Notes under the pieces: model-generated
What the model saw: the letters and a program-made list of their open reading frames with translations, nothing else
Database searches by the model: none
Told to the model about the DNA's origin: nothing
Shown: piece by piece, positions 27,482 to 40,975 of the stretch
How positions within the stretch are numbered: the stretch's first letter is position 1
Layout: every line of letters starts with the position of its first letter
Made by a program: the position numbers and the translations under genes
Origin: Octopus bimaculoides
Lineage: Eukaryota
Direction of reading: 5' to 3'
Length of the DNA stretch: 64,000 nucleotides
Assembly: GCF_001194135.2 (NCBI RefSeq)
Contig: NC_068982.1
Coordinates: forward strand, 65,212,534 to 65,276,533

Positions 27482-27870
27482 GGTGGAGGTGCAATGGCCC
27501 AGTGGTTAGGGCAGTGGACTCGCGGTCATAGGATCGCGGTTTCGATTGCCAGACCGGGCATTGTGAGTGTTTATTGAGCGAAAACATCTAAAGCTCCACG
27601 AGGCTCTGACAGAGGATGGTGGCGAACCCTGCTGTACTCTTTCACCACAACTTTCTCTCACTCTTACTTCCTGTTTCTGTTGTGCCTGTAATTCGAAGGG
27701 TCAGCCTTGTCACACTGTGTCACGCTGAATATCCCCGAGAACTACGTTAAGGGTACATGTGTCTGTGGAGTGCTCAGCCACTTGCACGTTAATTTCACAA
27801 GCAGGCTGTTCTGTTGATCGGATCAACTGGAACCCTCGACGTCGTAAGCGACGGAGTGCCAACAACAACA
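27482..27870 (+). mobile_element. tRNA-derived SINE, family A (full length)
   Basis: Near-identical to the 9088 copy; 13-bp TSD ATCCTGATTAAAC at 27469-27481 and 27871-27883. Confidence 0.9.
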
Positions 27871-29249
27871 ATCCTGATTAAACAGAACCAACATAAAGTA
27901 GTAGAGACTCCTTTTGTCTTGTAGGGTCCAAGGCATTGTTACTAGTGCTGGTGCTAAAATAAAATGCATTCAGAGTACTTTGTAAAGTAATTGGCAAATG
28001 AGTAAAGACAACATAATCAAAAGGACATTTAGTCTTGTTTTGATGAGGACAAGACAACCTCTCTTGTGCTAGAGCCATCATAAAATGCACCAAGTACACT
28101 GTGGTGTGCTTGGTGCTAGGGAGGACATGTAGCAACAGAAATCATGTCAGAAATAAAAAATATAAGACGTTGTCTCCTGAATTGTCTAGGAGGGCTGTAA
28201 TTCCAAATAAGAACTGACTTGGACATCACAACCACTCTAACCCATGCCAACATGGAAAGCAGGTGCAAAATGATGATGGTGATGTTGTTGTTGATGACAA
28301 TAATAATGATAATGATTGTGATGGCAATGGCTGCTGTGGTGATGATGACAACACCTACACATGTCCACAGAGTTTTTAAGTAGATGTGAGACAGGTTGCC
28401 TCTCAGATTTGAACTATATTCTATGACAAATAAGTGTTACTCAAAAACCATGCAAGATTTAGAAGGTTAATTCACTCATCATAGTTTACTATTAGTTTTA
28501 CAGATAATCATAATTATGCAGAACATGCTGCAACAGTTTGTGAAGTTCTTGGAAATTTTCAGATCCCTCAGACTCAATGTAGCAAGGAGAAACTGATGAA
28601 AAAAGAAAATGTTACAATCTAGTATTGTCGATTTTTACATTTTGAGCTGTAATCAGATTTGCACTGGAGATAAACAATGTTAATATTCAGTATCATATGA
28701 CCATAGTTAAAATTTCTAAATAAAGCATAAAATTGTTGCTATTATTTGCCTCATATCTCATATTAAACTGACTCATAAGATTTTGTAGCATTTAAGTATT
28801 TAAGAGGAAAATACTTGTAATTTACACTGAATTTTTTTAGCATAGCTTCTTAGCTTTCAAGTTTGCTGTTTTAAGATCCTAAAGCAAATAGCAGCATCAG
28901 CAGGTAAAGTTGGGATCTTGTTATAAAGCAGCAGTAAAGAGTAAACACTTGTGATTACTAAGACATAAAAGGAAAGACTTCTGTTTATAGTAAGCTTAAT
29001 ATAGAAGTTGAGTCACAAACAGCTTTTCTTCTTTAAAAGAAACCTCCCCCACAGATGGCACCCCCCAACACTTCTTGAAGAGGTAAACAAGGGAAGTAAT
29101 TATATGATGTTATTGTCTATTATTGGACTAATGTGGAAAATGTATTTTTAATCTAGATGTTAAAGGGAACACTAAAAATCGGCCTTACTGATTACATATT
29201 CTCAAAGAATATATAAACACTTGTCCTTTGTTGGATACTAGGGTCTAAA

Positions 29250-29440
29250 TCTATGGTGGTTGTTTAGTTTTACCAACCAGACCCATAATAATGATCTTTA
29301 GCTGTGACTAACCAGTTCCCTTTCCAGGCATAGTGTATTTAGGACTACATCCTTACTTTTTAATATAGCAGGGTGTTATGAGAGTGATATTGTTGGTATT
29401 TCTAGTAGGTTGAACTACCATATCCAGGCTCTCTCATTGG
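29250..29440 (+). repeat. Unclassified interspersed family H (also about 9530-9760, 10255-10835 interrupted, 11240-11350, 48790-49140; minus about 330-520, 33830-34000, 50560-50760, 54150-54340)
   Basis: Recurring blocks TCAAAGGCATTCC.GCCATGACCATC, GGACTACATTATCC and GCTATTTCTAG; no terminal signature seen. Confidence 0.5.
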
Positions 29441-30514
29441 CTCATAGATGTTTGGTTGTCAATAAAACCATCATCATCATCATTGTTGTTATCATTTAAT
29501 GTGTGACTTTCATGCAGGCATGAGTTGGATGTTTTGACAGGATCCTGCAATCCTGCCGATTGCGTCAAACTCTAATGTCTACTTTCCATATGGGAGGTAA
29601 ATAGTTGATGGCGGGCCTCAGCATATAAGGATTTCTATGAGCATAACTCACACAGTTGAGGAGAAGAAACAATCTAATCAACTCCAGTACTTGACTGGTG
29701 CTTACTATGCCAGTCCCTTCTCAACCACATAGTTCTGGGTTCAGTCCCACAGTGGGCAAGTGTCTTCTGCTATAGCCTCAGGCCAACCAGAGCCTTATGA
29801 GTGGATTTGTCTATGGAAACTGAAAGCCTGTTGCATGTGTGTGTTTGTGTTTGTCCCCCACCACTTCTTGACAACTGGTGTTGGTTTGTTTATGTCCCCA
29901 TATCTTAGTGGTTTGGCAAAAAGAGATCAATGGAATAAGTACCAGGCTTTAAAAAAAGGAAAAAAGTACTGAAGTCAATTCATTTAACTAAAAGTTCTTC
30001 ATAGCAGTGCCCCAGCATGACCACAATCTAATGACTGGAACAGATGTAAGATAAAAGATAAAAGATAGTGTGCTTTGAACTCTGTATGTAAAAGGGTGTA
30101 ACAAAATACTGCTAAACATTAAGTCCAATACTCCGTTGGTTCTGCTAATCCAATGCCTGACCTCTGTGAACAGTGAACATTCCATCTTACACTCCAGATG
30201 GAATATATTAATTAAATACGATCATTTAAATATTGATTACTTTTGATTTAGCACAAGGGTAATTTTTGCAATTCTGATTATTTGTTTCATTGGCCCCAGA
30301 GAGATTAAAAGCTGAATGTAATTAAATTCAGAATGTAGCACTTTCAGACTAAAAATCTGTTAAGCCATTTAAAGCAAATTATATCTTGCTTGAGTATCAA
30401 ACATTTTTGGCTTTTTTTTTTTCTTCATCAAAAGCGAATAATATGGGATGAGGGCAAACCCCAAAACAGATTATGTGTATTAATATTGTTGTTGTTGTTG
30501 CTGTTGTTAAATAG

Positions 30515-31185
30515 GGTAGTGGATTGGCAGAATTGTTGAAGAATCATACTAAATGCCTTGCACTATTTAGTTATAGAACTTTATACTCTGGGTTCAAATC
30601 CCACTGAGGTCAACTTTGCCTTTCATCCTTTCGGGGTTGATAAAATACAAAACCAGTTAAATACTGGGAGATCAATACAGTTGACTGTTCCCTACTTCTA
30701 AATCTAAGGTCTTGTACTTATGTAAGGCAATCAGTATTATTATTAAGGCAGTGACCTGATAGAATCATGAGCATGCCAGGCAAAATATTTAGATGCATTT
30801 TGTCCTTCTTTATGTTCTGAGTTCAAATTCTGCCAAGGTCAACTTTGCTTTCATTCATTTCGGGGCTGATGAAATAAGTACCTGTTGATCACTGGGGTTG
30901 ATATGAGCCTCCGAAATTGCTGGCCTTATCCCAAAATTTGAAACCATTATTAATATTATGGCAGCGAGCTGGCAGAATCATCAACATGTTGAGCAAAATG
31001 CTTAATGGCATTTTGTCTGTCTCAGTATTCCGAGTTCAAATTCCGCTAGGTTGATTTTGCCTTTCATCCTTTTGGGGTTCATGAAAGATGTTGAGCATTA
31101 GGGATGATGTATCAACTTGTCCCCTCCTCTAAAGATTTTCACATTTTGTACCTATAATAGAAAGGATTATTATTATTATTATCAT
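30515..31185 (+). mobile_element. Head-to-tail trimer of SINE family B
   Basis: Three copies (about 30515, 30745, 30958), each with TGAGTTCAAATTC B box and TTTGCCTTTCATCCTTTCGGGG central block, joined by (ATT)n. From memory the central block resembles the Meta/MESC-type SINE domain; unverified. Confidence 0.8.
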
Positions 31186-31593
31186 CATTAACTAGATGAA
31201 ATAAAAGGGACTGATATATGAGTACTCTACTCATGCAAGGTTTGACAACTATAACTGGTAATGACAACTATAACTGTTTAAGTGTGTTAGGGATCTGTGG
31301 TAGCAATTGAGTGCTACTAGTGCAATTGAGAAATACAACACAGAAATACACTGTCTGGTAACAGAGAGAAGATGTTTAAAATATCTCAATTACATATTAT
31401 CAAAATTGCTACTAAAGCTATGAAAATACATTTATTTCACTATATCAATGTTAACATACATCCAGAATGCTGTGTCTACAATTGTTTATATATGAAGTAT
31501 ATGTAGTGGATATTATCATGGATTTAGAAATAACATCACTGCTATTTCTTCTGCAGCTGCTTCTTTGACAAACATCAATATATTGCCCAGATT

Positions 31594-31629
<36 letters not shown>

Positions 31630-33170
31630 CACTTAGCCTTGATTTCACATTGATGCTATTTCACTTCATTCATGTTGCTAATGCCCTTGGGGAAAAAAAT
31701 AAGTATCTCAGAAATTTCTCGTCTTCCTCCACTCCCCTTTAAATTTCTAGAATCTGATACCTTTGTAAGAATGAAATTTCAAAGACTATACTTATGTCAC
31801 CTGATGTTTCATGTTCTTTGATGTGATTGGAAAGATAAAGTGGGTAATATATATTTGTATGTCTGAATTGTTATATGTATATGTGAGTGAATGAAATGAC
31901 TTGGAGCTTGGTTGATTTTATTTGTTCAACCAATCCACTGGTATATTCTGAGTTATTATCATATGAAGTTTGAATCATATTTTCATTGAGTTTCATATTT
32001 CTTTCTACTATATCACAGCATATTAGCAAATATCAAGATCCTGTGTTGCTTTATTTAGACTTATACTTTACAAATATGATAACCAACATTAGCTTGCTAC
32101 CTCAACCAGGTACACCACAGAGTGGTAGACTTAAACTAGCTATTTCTATGTCTTGGTGGGATGGACTTAATCCATGGCCTGGTTTAACACCACCACCTAG
32201 CTCTTGAGTACCTTTAGCAGAATCTATACTGTTGCAAGCATTTGGAGACCTGGGCAAGTTCTCTGGATGGACTGAAGATAACTTTCTCTCTTCTTGCTAC
32301 CAGTCTTGGATCCTAGTCATCCTTCTGATTAAATATGTGTATATATGGATATATATATGTGTGTGTGTGTGTGCATATATATGTGTTTGTATATATATAT
32401 ATATATNNNNNNNNNNNNNNNNNNNNNNNNNNNNNNNNNNNNNNNNNNNNNNNNNNNNNNNNNNNNNNNNNNNNNNNNNNNNNNNNNNNNNNNNNNNNNN
32501 NNNNNNNNNNNNNNNNNNNNNNNNNNNNNNNNNNNNNNNNNNNNNNNNNNNNNNNNNNNNNNNNNNNNNNNNNNNNNNNNNNNNNNNNNNNNNNNNNNNN
32601 NNNNNNNNNNNNNNNNNNNNNNNNNNNNNNNNNNNNNNNNNNNNNNNNNNNNNNNNNNNNNNNNNNNNNNNNNATATATATATATATATATATATATATA
32701 GCCTTATCTAGTTTTGAGCCTTAGTTAAATACAACATATATATCTGATATATATATTCATTCTTTCATCCACCTTTTCACTCACTTCAGTCATCTCTGCT
32801 CTCTATCATCACTCATACCTGTCGATCTTTTATCTCTCCATCACCTATTAATGCTTTTATACTATGAATTACTTCCCTACATATCACCCCCTATGCTCTA
32901 CCTCCCCCTTTCTTCACTAGGCCTATGTACTGCTCTGTCATACATAAGCATCATCACTCTACTTCTGCTCACCATCCCTTTTCTATTTATATAAAATTTG
33001 TGTTTGTTGCAACTTTCACTTGATGGTTCATTAAGTCAGTCAGTTTTAATGAACCATCAAACAAAACTTTAAGTTCCAGTCAACATGAATTTACATATGT
33101 TGTGATATATATAAATGTTTTTATTTTTTTCAAAGTCAAAAGAAGTTATAAAAAATTAATGATACAGGTC

Positions 33171-33332
33171 ATGGGTTTGTACTTTTACCTAGCATTTCAG
33201 TATTTCAGGGTTAGAACCCCTTTTTCAGGTAATCTACAGAGAAAATGTTTTCAACTAACTTGTCCTTAGATTTTTCTGAAGACGTTGTCCCAACCCTGAA
33301 ACTTTGAAATATCAAATAAAAGTACTAACCAT
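33171..33332. mobile_element. Old PLE-like inverted pair, each arm with a decayed hammerhead core
   Basis: Right arm: CUGAAGA (33276-33282)...GUUG-UCC-CAAC...GAAA-CUUU-GAAAUAUC. Left arm (minus): CUGAAAA-AGGGGUU-CU-AACCCU-GAAA. Arms 33171-33234 and 33269-33332 are roughly 70% identical by eye. Confidence 0.45.
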
Positions 33333-33400
33333 CAGTCAGAATTAGTCATTTTCTATAATTTACATTGATTTGGCTAAAAAAAAACTGAAAAAAATTAAAA

Positions 33401-33446
<46 letters not shown>

Positions 33447-34434
33447 ATTAGGGAATGTCAAAATCCAAACTTACAAGGACATTCAATTTAGTAATACCAA
33501 ATTGAATTTATAATACGACAAGGAATCTTTGATAAGATAAGTGATGCTGTTTATTTTACTAATACTGTTAAACGTTCAAATTGATTTATTAGTTAATAAC
33601 TCTATCTTTTTATATGTATTCCTATTCTTAATCTACAGAAAGCATTTCTTTATTAGAGGAATTAGGCCTTTAACTTGAATGATTATTATTATTAAACCTT
33701 GACATTTTATGTATTGTACTAATAAGAGCTTTCCTACATGTACAGATGTTTCTACTTTATTCCTATTTTATCCTTCAAAAATTTCAAGTAATTTTTTGTT
33801 AGGTATGACATTCAGAAAGTCCTACAAATTCCAGGTTGCCCATGACTGCTTTACACAATCACTTAACATGCTAGAAATAACAGTCAAATTCCCTCAAATC
33901 ATACCTTATCATAGAAGAAAGACACATTTGCCAAAAAAGAAAGGATGGTCATGACTGGAATGCCTTTAATCATGGGCCTGCACAGTCAGGGGTAACCTCA
34001 TGGTTAACTACAATATTCGAAGTTAAGACAAGAAACCCATTTAGGTTACTGATAAGAAGCAGTAATTATTATAGACTACATCCAACTGCACACATCTGTC
34101 ACAGCATGTTATCAAATCTGAAGGTTCTATGTGGCTTCATTCCAGACTGTCATTTTAGTGCCAGTATAGTAAATATGCCAACCAACTTCAACATGCAACC
34201 TAACTAGTTACATCAAAGAATCCTTTTAGTCAACTTTTGACACTTTACATAACGCAATCTCATATACTTATGTTTATCCTTATTTGACTTTTATTTATTT
34301 TTAATTAGATATCCTCCTTTGAAAAGTTTCCATCCTGTTTATTTAACTATCTCATGTGATGGATCATGTACATATACATCAAAATTCAGGCACATTTATG
34401 TTTCTTACATGCACAACACACACACACACACACA

Positions 34435-34493
<59 letters not shown>

Positions 34494-34814
34494 CCTGTAT
34501 GCTTGCATGTCGGTGCATTCGCACTTACAGGATTCTCTGCCTACATGTAGTTTTATGCATTAGGTTCTTTAATGGACAAGAGGAACTACAGAATTTTGTC
34601 CATACATGTCATTTTGATATGTTCATACATAGGTTGATATGTCCACAAGCATCAGTGGCTTAGCTAGGTGGCTTATATACCTTGTGCTATACAAGTTAAT
34701 AATACAAACAAGGTTTCATTGCAAAGTGATCCACATTATTATATTTCTGTAACAGTGTTTCTAATTTGGGCACAAAGCTAGCAGTTTGAGAGATGAGATA
34801 GTATATAGTATATA

Positions 34815-35086
34815 AAGGGTAAAGACTTCCTTCAGTCATGAATGATCATGGTATTGCACCTAGAAAGTTCCCCTCCAAGACACAAGTCCAGGCAAGATTG
34901 TTTATGGAAGACCAGTAGTAACCCATGCATACCAGCCTCCCCTCTCCATGCCATCGATTTTATCCAAGGGAAAGGTAAAGGCTGGTACAGCTTGGCACCA
35001 GTGATCTCACAACTCATTTCTACGACTGAGTGAACTGGAGCAGCCTGAAATAAAGGGTCTTACTCAGGAATACAACACATAGCCTG
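34815..35086 (-). mobile_element. 5'-truncated CORE-like SINE with tail 2
   Basis: Aligns by eye with 19200-19470. Confidence 0.7.
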
Positions 35087-35865
35087 ATACTATACTATAC
35101 TGTACCCCTTGTGCTCGACTGGTACTTTACAATATCAAGCCTGGAGTGATGAAAGGTATTGTTGTCAATGATGCTCTCTATATTTTTTCCTTTAAATATT
35201 TTATTATTTTCACAGCAGCAAGCTGGCAGAATCATTGCTGTTGGAAAATGTTTTGTTTCATTTATTCCATAACATTACATACTGTGTTCAAACATCACTT
35301 AGGTCAACTTTACCTTTCATCCTTTCGGGGTTGATACAATAGAATACCAATCAAGTATTGGAATTGACTAACTCCCCTCCTTCAAAATTTCTGGTCTTGT
35401 GCCTATATCAGAAACCATTATTTTTACATTCATTTACATTGTTAAGATAGGCTACCAATGTAGAGTTTTATGGACCTTTGTGAGATGTTAATGTGAGTGT
35501 TGGAGCTGTTTTTCTTTTGAGTTTTCTCTTGTGAAGCAGTTCTTGAAAGCATTATAGCATTTCATCTTTACCTGAACGCTTTTGGATAACAAACCCATGC
35601 AAAACTACCCTTGTGTCTATGCAACAGACTTCTAATTTTAAAGTCATTTGAATACAAATAAATCAAACCTTCCATCAAAATTTCATGTTAATTTATGTTC
35701 CAAATATCAGCTTAATAAGAGCAAAGTTATTTAATCAAATTCTTAATTATTTCCAAAATTAATTGAAATAGAGAGAACATATTTCAACAGATATCTGGTA
35801 ACAAAAGGAGGCTCCACTCACAAATAGGGTCTTTATTAGTGTCTTTTACATCAGAGGTTCTAAAT

Positions 35866-36033
35866 CAGTGGTTCTCAGCCTTTTTAATACCTGGGCCAGA
35901 TCCAAAATCTGATTTTTATTTAGGGGACTGCACCAAAAAAAGACACACATTATTTAAAGAAAATTTTATATTTAAAGAGGGAAGACTGTTGAGGGTTGCA
36001 TGAGGCCCTGAAACCCACAGTTGAGAACCATTG
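35866..36033. mobile_element. hAT (Charlie-type) MITE
   Basis: TIRs CAGTGGTTCTCA / TTGAGAACCATTG; flanks TTCTAAAT and CTGTAAAT (6/8 match). Confidence 0.7.
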
Positions 36034-36577
36034 CTGTAAATCCATTGCATATAAATTGCTTTATTAATCCTTGAAAACTCTTTCAGAGGGAAAGAAGTTC
36101 TTCCTCAGCTGCATATTTACACCATTACAACCTTGCTTAATTGAACAGTTTGACAATGTTTACGATGTTCAATTCTTTTTCAATTTACTGTATTTATGGC
36201 CATTGATTTTTCCCCTATTTTGTTTTTGCCATGTAACTCTGCTTCATCGATATTCTGGTCTTTCTAAATAGTCTGGTGGATTATCTTAATGTTTTCTTTA
36301 CAAATTTCTCATATATGGAGGAGGCAATGGGTCTTTAAATTCAATATTATTTCTTGATATAATAGTTAATGATATTAATGAAGTAATGTTGGGCTGTTAG
36401 TAAACAAACTTTATTGATTCAAATTGTGTCTAGATTATCAGAGTAGTCTATAATATTATCAAACAATATGATCATTTTGGTTCAATGATGCATTTCTCAC
36501 ATAACATTTGAAGCACACCAAATTTGGTAAAATATCCAAGATCACTCAAGTTTGCATGTTTGATTTCTAAATCACTG

Positions 36578-36683
36578 TTTGGTTTGATTTATACATTTAA
36601 TTCATTGAGATATACCAGAACTGGTTTTGATTTGGTTTGATTTATACATTTAATTCACTAAGATATACCAGAACTGGTTTTGA
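36578..36683. repeat. 53-bp tandem duplication
   Basis: 36578-36630 repeated at 36631-36683 with 2 differences. Confidence 0.9.
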
Positions 36684-36897
36684 TTTATAATTGCTTTTAA
36701 CATGGCTTCCTAGCAAGACAACCCAAACTGGACATGTGCAACCATCAATTCAGATGTATATTTTTTTCTTCGAGTGAGATAACAAGCATGAGAATGTAGT
36801 CTTTTGGGGAACAAACAGTGAAAGTCAAGACTCTTTGTCTTTCATATTGAAGACAAGTTTGTTCTGCAACATACTATAAGTAAATGTTTGTAGCAAT

Positions 36898-37150
36898 GTG
36901 GAGGTGTGTGGCTTAGTGGTTAGAGTATTGGACTCATGATCATAAGATTGTGGTTTTGATTCCTGGACCAGACAGCGCGTTGTGTTCTTGAGCAAAACAC
37001 TTTATTTCACATTGCTCCAGTCCACTCAGCTTGCAAAAATGAGTAATCCTGCAACAGACTGGCATCCCATCCAGGTGTGGAATATATACACCATGAAACT
37101 GGGAAACCAGCCCTTGTGAGTCAGCATGACTCAAGAAGGTAACTTTACCC
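36898..37150 (+). mobile_element. SINE: tRNA head + CORE-like domain + tail 3
   Basis: Head TGGCTTAGTGGTTAG...GATTCC and CORE-like block, then a tail unlike tail 2 or the family-A tail. Confidence 0.7.
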
Positions 37151-37523
37151 GATCTTTTTGCCATCTGCGTAAAGTTGAAAAATTTGCTTCACAGCTCTGT
37201 GGTTCTACTTTCAATCTCATTCTGTGATATTTTGAGCAAATGTGTTCTACCATAACTTCAGGTTCATTTGAGCCTTACAAGTGAATTAAGTAGACTGAAA
37301 CTGCACAAGACTTAATTTGTTTCTGGCCCTAGGATACTCAATATGTTATGGTGTTTTTTTCTTCTTTCCTCTACAAGTCTCAGAGGCTCTGAAAAATTCC
37401 ATAGACTATGTCCTTTCTTTTTGATCAAACCATAAATGAAATGCTCTAATGCTATAACAGTGTGAAGCAAAAAGTCATTAATTAGAATATTTGTATATTT
37501 ATTATATCAATAATGTAGAGGCA

Positions 37524-37907
37524 GTGGAGGCGCAATGGCCCAGTGGTTAGGGCAGCGGACTCGCGGTCATAGGATTGCGGTTTCGATTCCCAGACCGGGC
37601 GTTGGGAGTGTTTATTGAGCGAAAACACCTAAAGCTCCACGAGGCTCCGGCAGGGGATGGTGGCGAACCCTGCTGTACTCTTTCACCACAACTTTCTCTC
37701 ACTCTTACTTCCTGTTTCTGTTGTGCCTGTAATTCAAAGGGTCAGCCTTGTCACACTGTGTCACGCTGAATATCCCCGAGAACTACGTTAAGGGTACACA
37801 TGTCTGTGGAGTGCTCAGCCACTTGCACATTAATTTCACGAGCAGGCTGTTCCGTTGATTGGATCAACTGGAACCCTCAACGTCGTAAGCGACGGAGTGC
37901 CAACAAC
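37524..37907 (+). mobile_element. tRNA-derived SINE, family A (full length)
   Basis: 12-bp TSD AATGTAGAGGCA at 37512-37523 and 37908-37919. Confidence 0.9.
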
Positions 37908-39925
37908 AATGTAGAGGCAAAAGCAAGAGNNNNNNNNNNNNNNNNNNNNNNNNNNNNNNNNNNNNNNNNNNNNNNNNNNNNNNNNNNNNNNNNNNNNNNN
38001 NNNNNNNNNNNNNNNNNNNNNNNNNNNNNNNNNNNNNNNNNNNNNNNNNNNNNNNNNNNNNNNNNNNNNNNNNNNNNNNNNNNNNNNNNNNNNNNNNNNN
38101 NNNNNNNNNNNNNNNCCCTGGATGAGATTTGAACTTGTAACCAAAAGGAAGAAAACTAAATACATTTAATCTCTACCATCTCCACTATTAATGTAGCAGG
38201 GTAAACTGTAGACCTCATGGAGAGTGCCTGCTATGAACTCCATAACTATAAGCCTTCTATTGGTTTTATATTAGGTATATTTGTTAAGTAAGTCTCAAGG
38301 CACATATCTTTGTATTAGTTGAATTATTTTCAGGCTATTTCCATCTTGTAAATTGTAACATTGTTAATAAGAAATATTAGATGGCAGTTGGCATTGAACT
38401 TAATCTCCAAACCCAGCACTTCAATATTTCAATACCAATATCATATTCTTTATTCCTATGCTAAAAATATATTTTAGTTTTATTTTTTATAAACTGACAT
38501 GGATGAAATTTCTCCACTGGAATGTTTGTATAATTTACTCTAAACTTCTACTTTGTACCAAACAAGTCAGCAAAAAGTTTAAATGTTTGAACTGTTTCAA
38601 TGAAAACTGAACTTGTTCTTTGGAAGTAGTTTTTCTTTTTTCAATATTCCTTCCGAACTGTCCTTGTATTGCCTGGAATGAAGCCAGTAGCAGCCATTTT
38701 AAAATGCTAAATGTTCATATTGTCAGACATGTTGACTCCATACTGTCCAAAGTTCATTCAAAGGGTTTATTGATTAAAAAGGATAAAAAAAAAGACAAGC
38801 AATGATATAAAACAACAGAAAACAGGTAGGAAACTCTTAATTTGTTCCACCATGATTTTAGTTCTTTCAAATCTTATAAAGGAAATTACATGACCATTCT
38901 TCTTATAGCAGATGATTTGTGAGATATTGACACTGCAATGCAGACCCAGCTGACTTGTGCCAGTGCAGAAAAGGAGATAATAATTTGATGCTAGTCACGG
39001 CAGTAGTAGTGGTGTAATGGTTGGTTGTGTTGCAGAAGATATTCAATTTTATACTTTTAAATTATGCTTAAAACCTGTTGAAGCTTGAATGTAAATAGGA
39101 CAGAAAAACTGTATTTCTTTTACATAAGATTCGTTCTTCCATCTTATGGTGATTCTTTGTTGATGTTGAACCCAAAATATTTGTGGTCTGGTTTAATTGA
39201 GATTTACACAGCAGAGATCGAATCATCAAATAAATAATAGAAGAACTTTACTCTTACACTATGAAACTAATGGTTTTATGGATAAGTTGTTCATGTGATA
39301 TATGCATTATGTGTTGTATTGTGCTGACCCCCAGTACTTATTTATTAGTCTAGTACTTGTTCTGTCATTCTCTTGTACCAAATTACTAAGTGACAGGGAT
39401 GTAAAGAAACCAACACCAGTTATCCAGGAGTGATATAAGACACACACACACACACACACACACATACACACACACACACACACACAGAGTTTTTATCTAC
39501 CAAATTTACTCACACGCCATTGTTTGGCCCAGGGTTATAACAGAAGGTACTTGCCCAAGGTGCTGCACAGTGGAACTGAACCCAAAACTACATGACTGCA
39601 ATGTGAGCTCCTTAAGCACACAGCCATGCCTGCACCTATATTTATTACAATATTCTCAAGACATTTTAAGGTTTCACATTATATTTACTGCCTTTTATTT
39701 TTCTCACAGTATTTACTCTATGGTCTGTTGACTAATTAAGAGTCCTATATTATCTACTTAAGAATCCCTTAATCATTACAACCTACAGTCTGTTCCTTTG
39801 AGAAGCACTCAAAGAGTAGTTTTTCTGAAGGTAATTAGTATTAATTGGGAAACCTTTACAATATCTGGGAATTGTCTTTATGATTAGAATTAAAAGATGT
39901 TTATCAATAGAACTCTGTTATTTCT

Positions 39926-40139
39926 AAGGCAGTGAGCTAGCAGAATTGTTAGCACGCTGAGTAAAATGCTTAGCTGTATTTCGTCTGCCGCTACATTCTG
40001 AGTTCAAATTTCACCGAGGTCGACTTTACCTTTCATCTTTTCGGAGTCGATATATCAAGTACCAGTTGAGTACTGGGGTCGATGTGATCAACTGTCCCTC
40101 TTCCCACAAAATCCAGGTCTTGTGCCTATAGTAGAAAAG

Positions 40140-40182
<43 letters not shown>

Positions 40183-40520
40183 GAAAACTCACAGCTTATT
40201 TTACTGGGTATGATGGAAAGTGTCAGCTGTCCACAGCCAACAGACTAAGGTGACACTTGTTCACTGGTCATACTTCAAGAACTCTGCGAAGATTTCTTGC
40301 AATTCCTGCGTAATAATAATAATAATAATAATAATTATTATTATTATTATTATTATTAAGATGGTGAAATGGCAGAATAGTTAACATGCTGGACAAAATA
40401 CTTAGTGGAATTTCATTCATTTTTACATTCTGAGTGCAAATTCCACCAAAGTCGACTTTGCCTTTCATATTTTCGGAGTTGATAAATCAAGTACCAGTTG
40501 AGTACTGGGGTCGATAAAAT
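39926..40520 (+). mobile_element. Two family B SINEs with a Dong fragment in the microsatellite between them
   Basis: Copies at 39926-40140 and 40358-40520. Confidence 0.8.
40181..40310 (-). mobile_element. Very short 3' fragment of an R4/Dong-type element
   Basis: Minus 40309-40268 encodes AGIARNLRRVLEV*, resembling the LGTARILRKVL C-terminus; about 90-nt 3'UTR, then (AAT)n. Confidence 0.55.
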
Positions 40521-40755
40521 CATTAGAGCCGCAGACAAAAATATCTGTACCAGTTCTTTGCTCTTGCCGAAGGTGCTGCACAGTGGGACTGAACTTGAGA
40601 CCATGTGGTTGTGATACAAACTTCTCAACCACACAGCTATGCATGCCCTTACTATTTCCAAATTTTCTCAATTTCTGAATATTGTATTTTATCAGTTTCC
40701 TCTACTTCTTCATACTGGTGTAATTCTGTGAATTCAGTGCCTAGATCTAAACTAA

Positions 40756-40975
40756 CCCTTTAGCGTTTAAACTGACTATATCTAGCCCAAATTTTCTACC
40801 TGGTTTATGTTCAAACTGACTAGATCCAGCCTATCACACTTACCATGCAATGTTATTCTAAAAATGAGCAACCATATCATTGAAATCTTCAAGCTATAAG
40901 ATAATGCATGATTAATTGAACACAATCTGATTAAATAAATATTACAAATGACTGAATAATCTGAATGCCAAAGGA
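40756..40975. mobile_element. piggyBac-type MITE
   Basis: Starts (C/T)TAA-CCCTTTAGCGTTT and ends GAATGCCAAAGGA-TTAA; a partial inverted copy of the same family lies at about 9815-9973. Confidence 0.55.

Noticed and set aside
28504-28622. Plus-strand acceptor followed by DNHNYAEHAATVCEVLGNFQ...* (possible terminal exon)
   Set aside because: About 40 open codons with no recognised homology or partner exon; could be chance.
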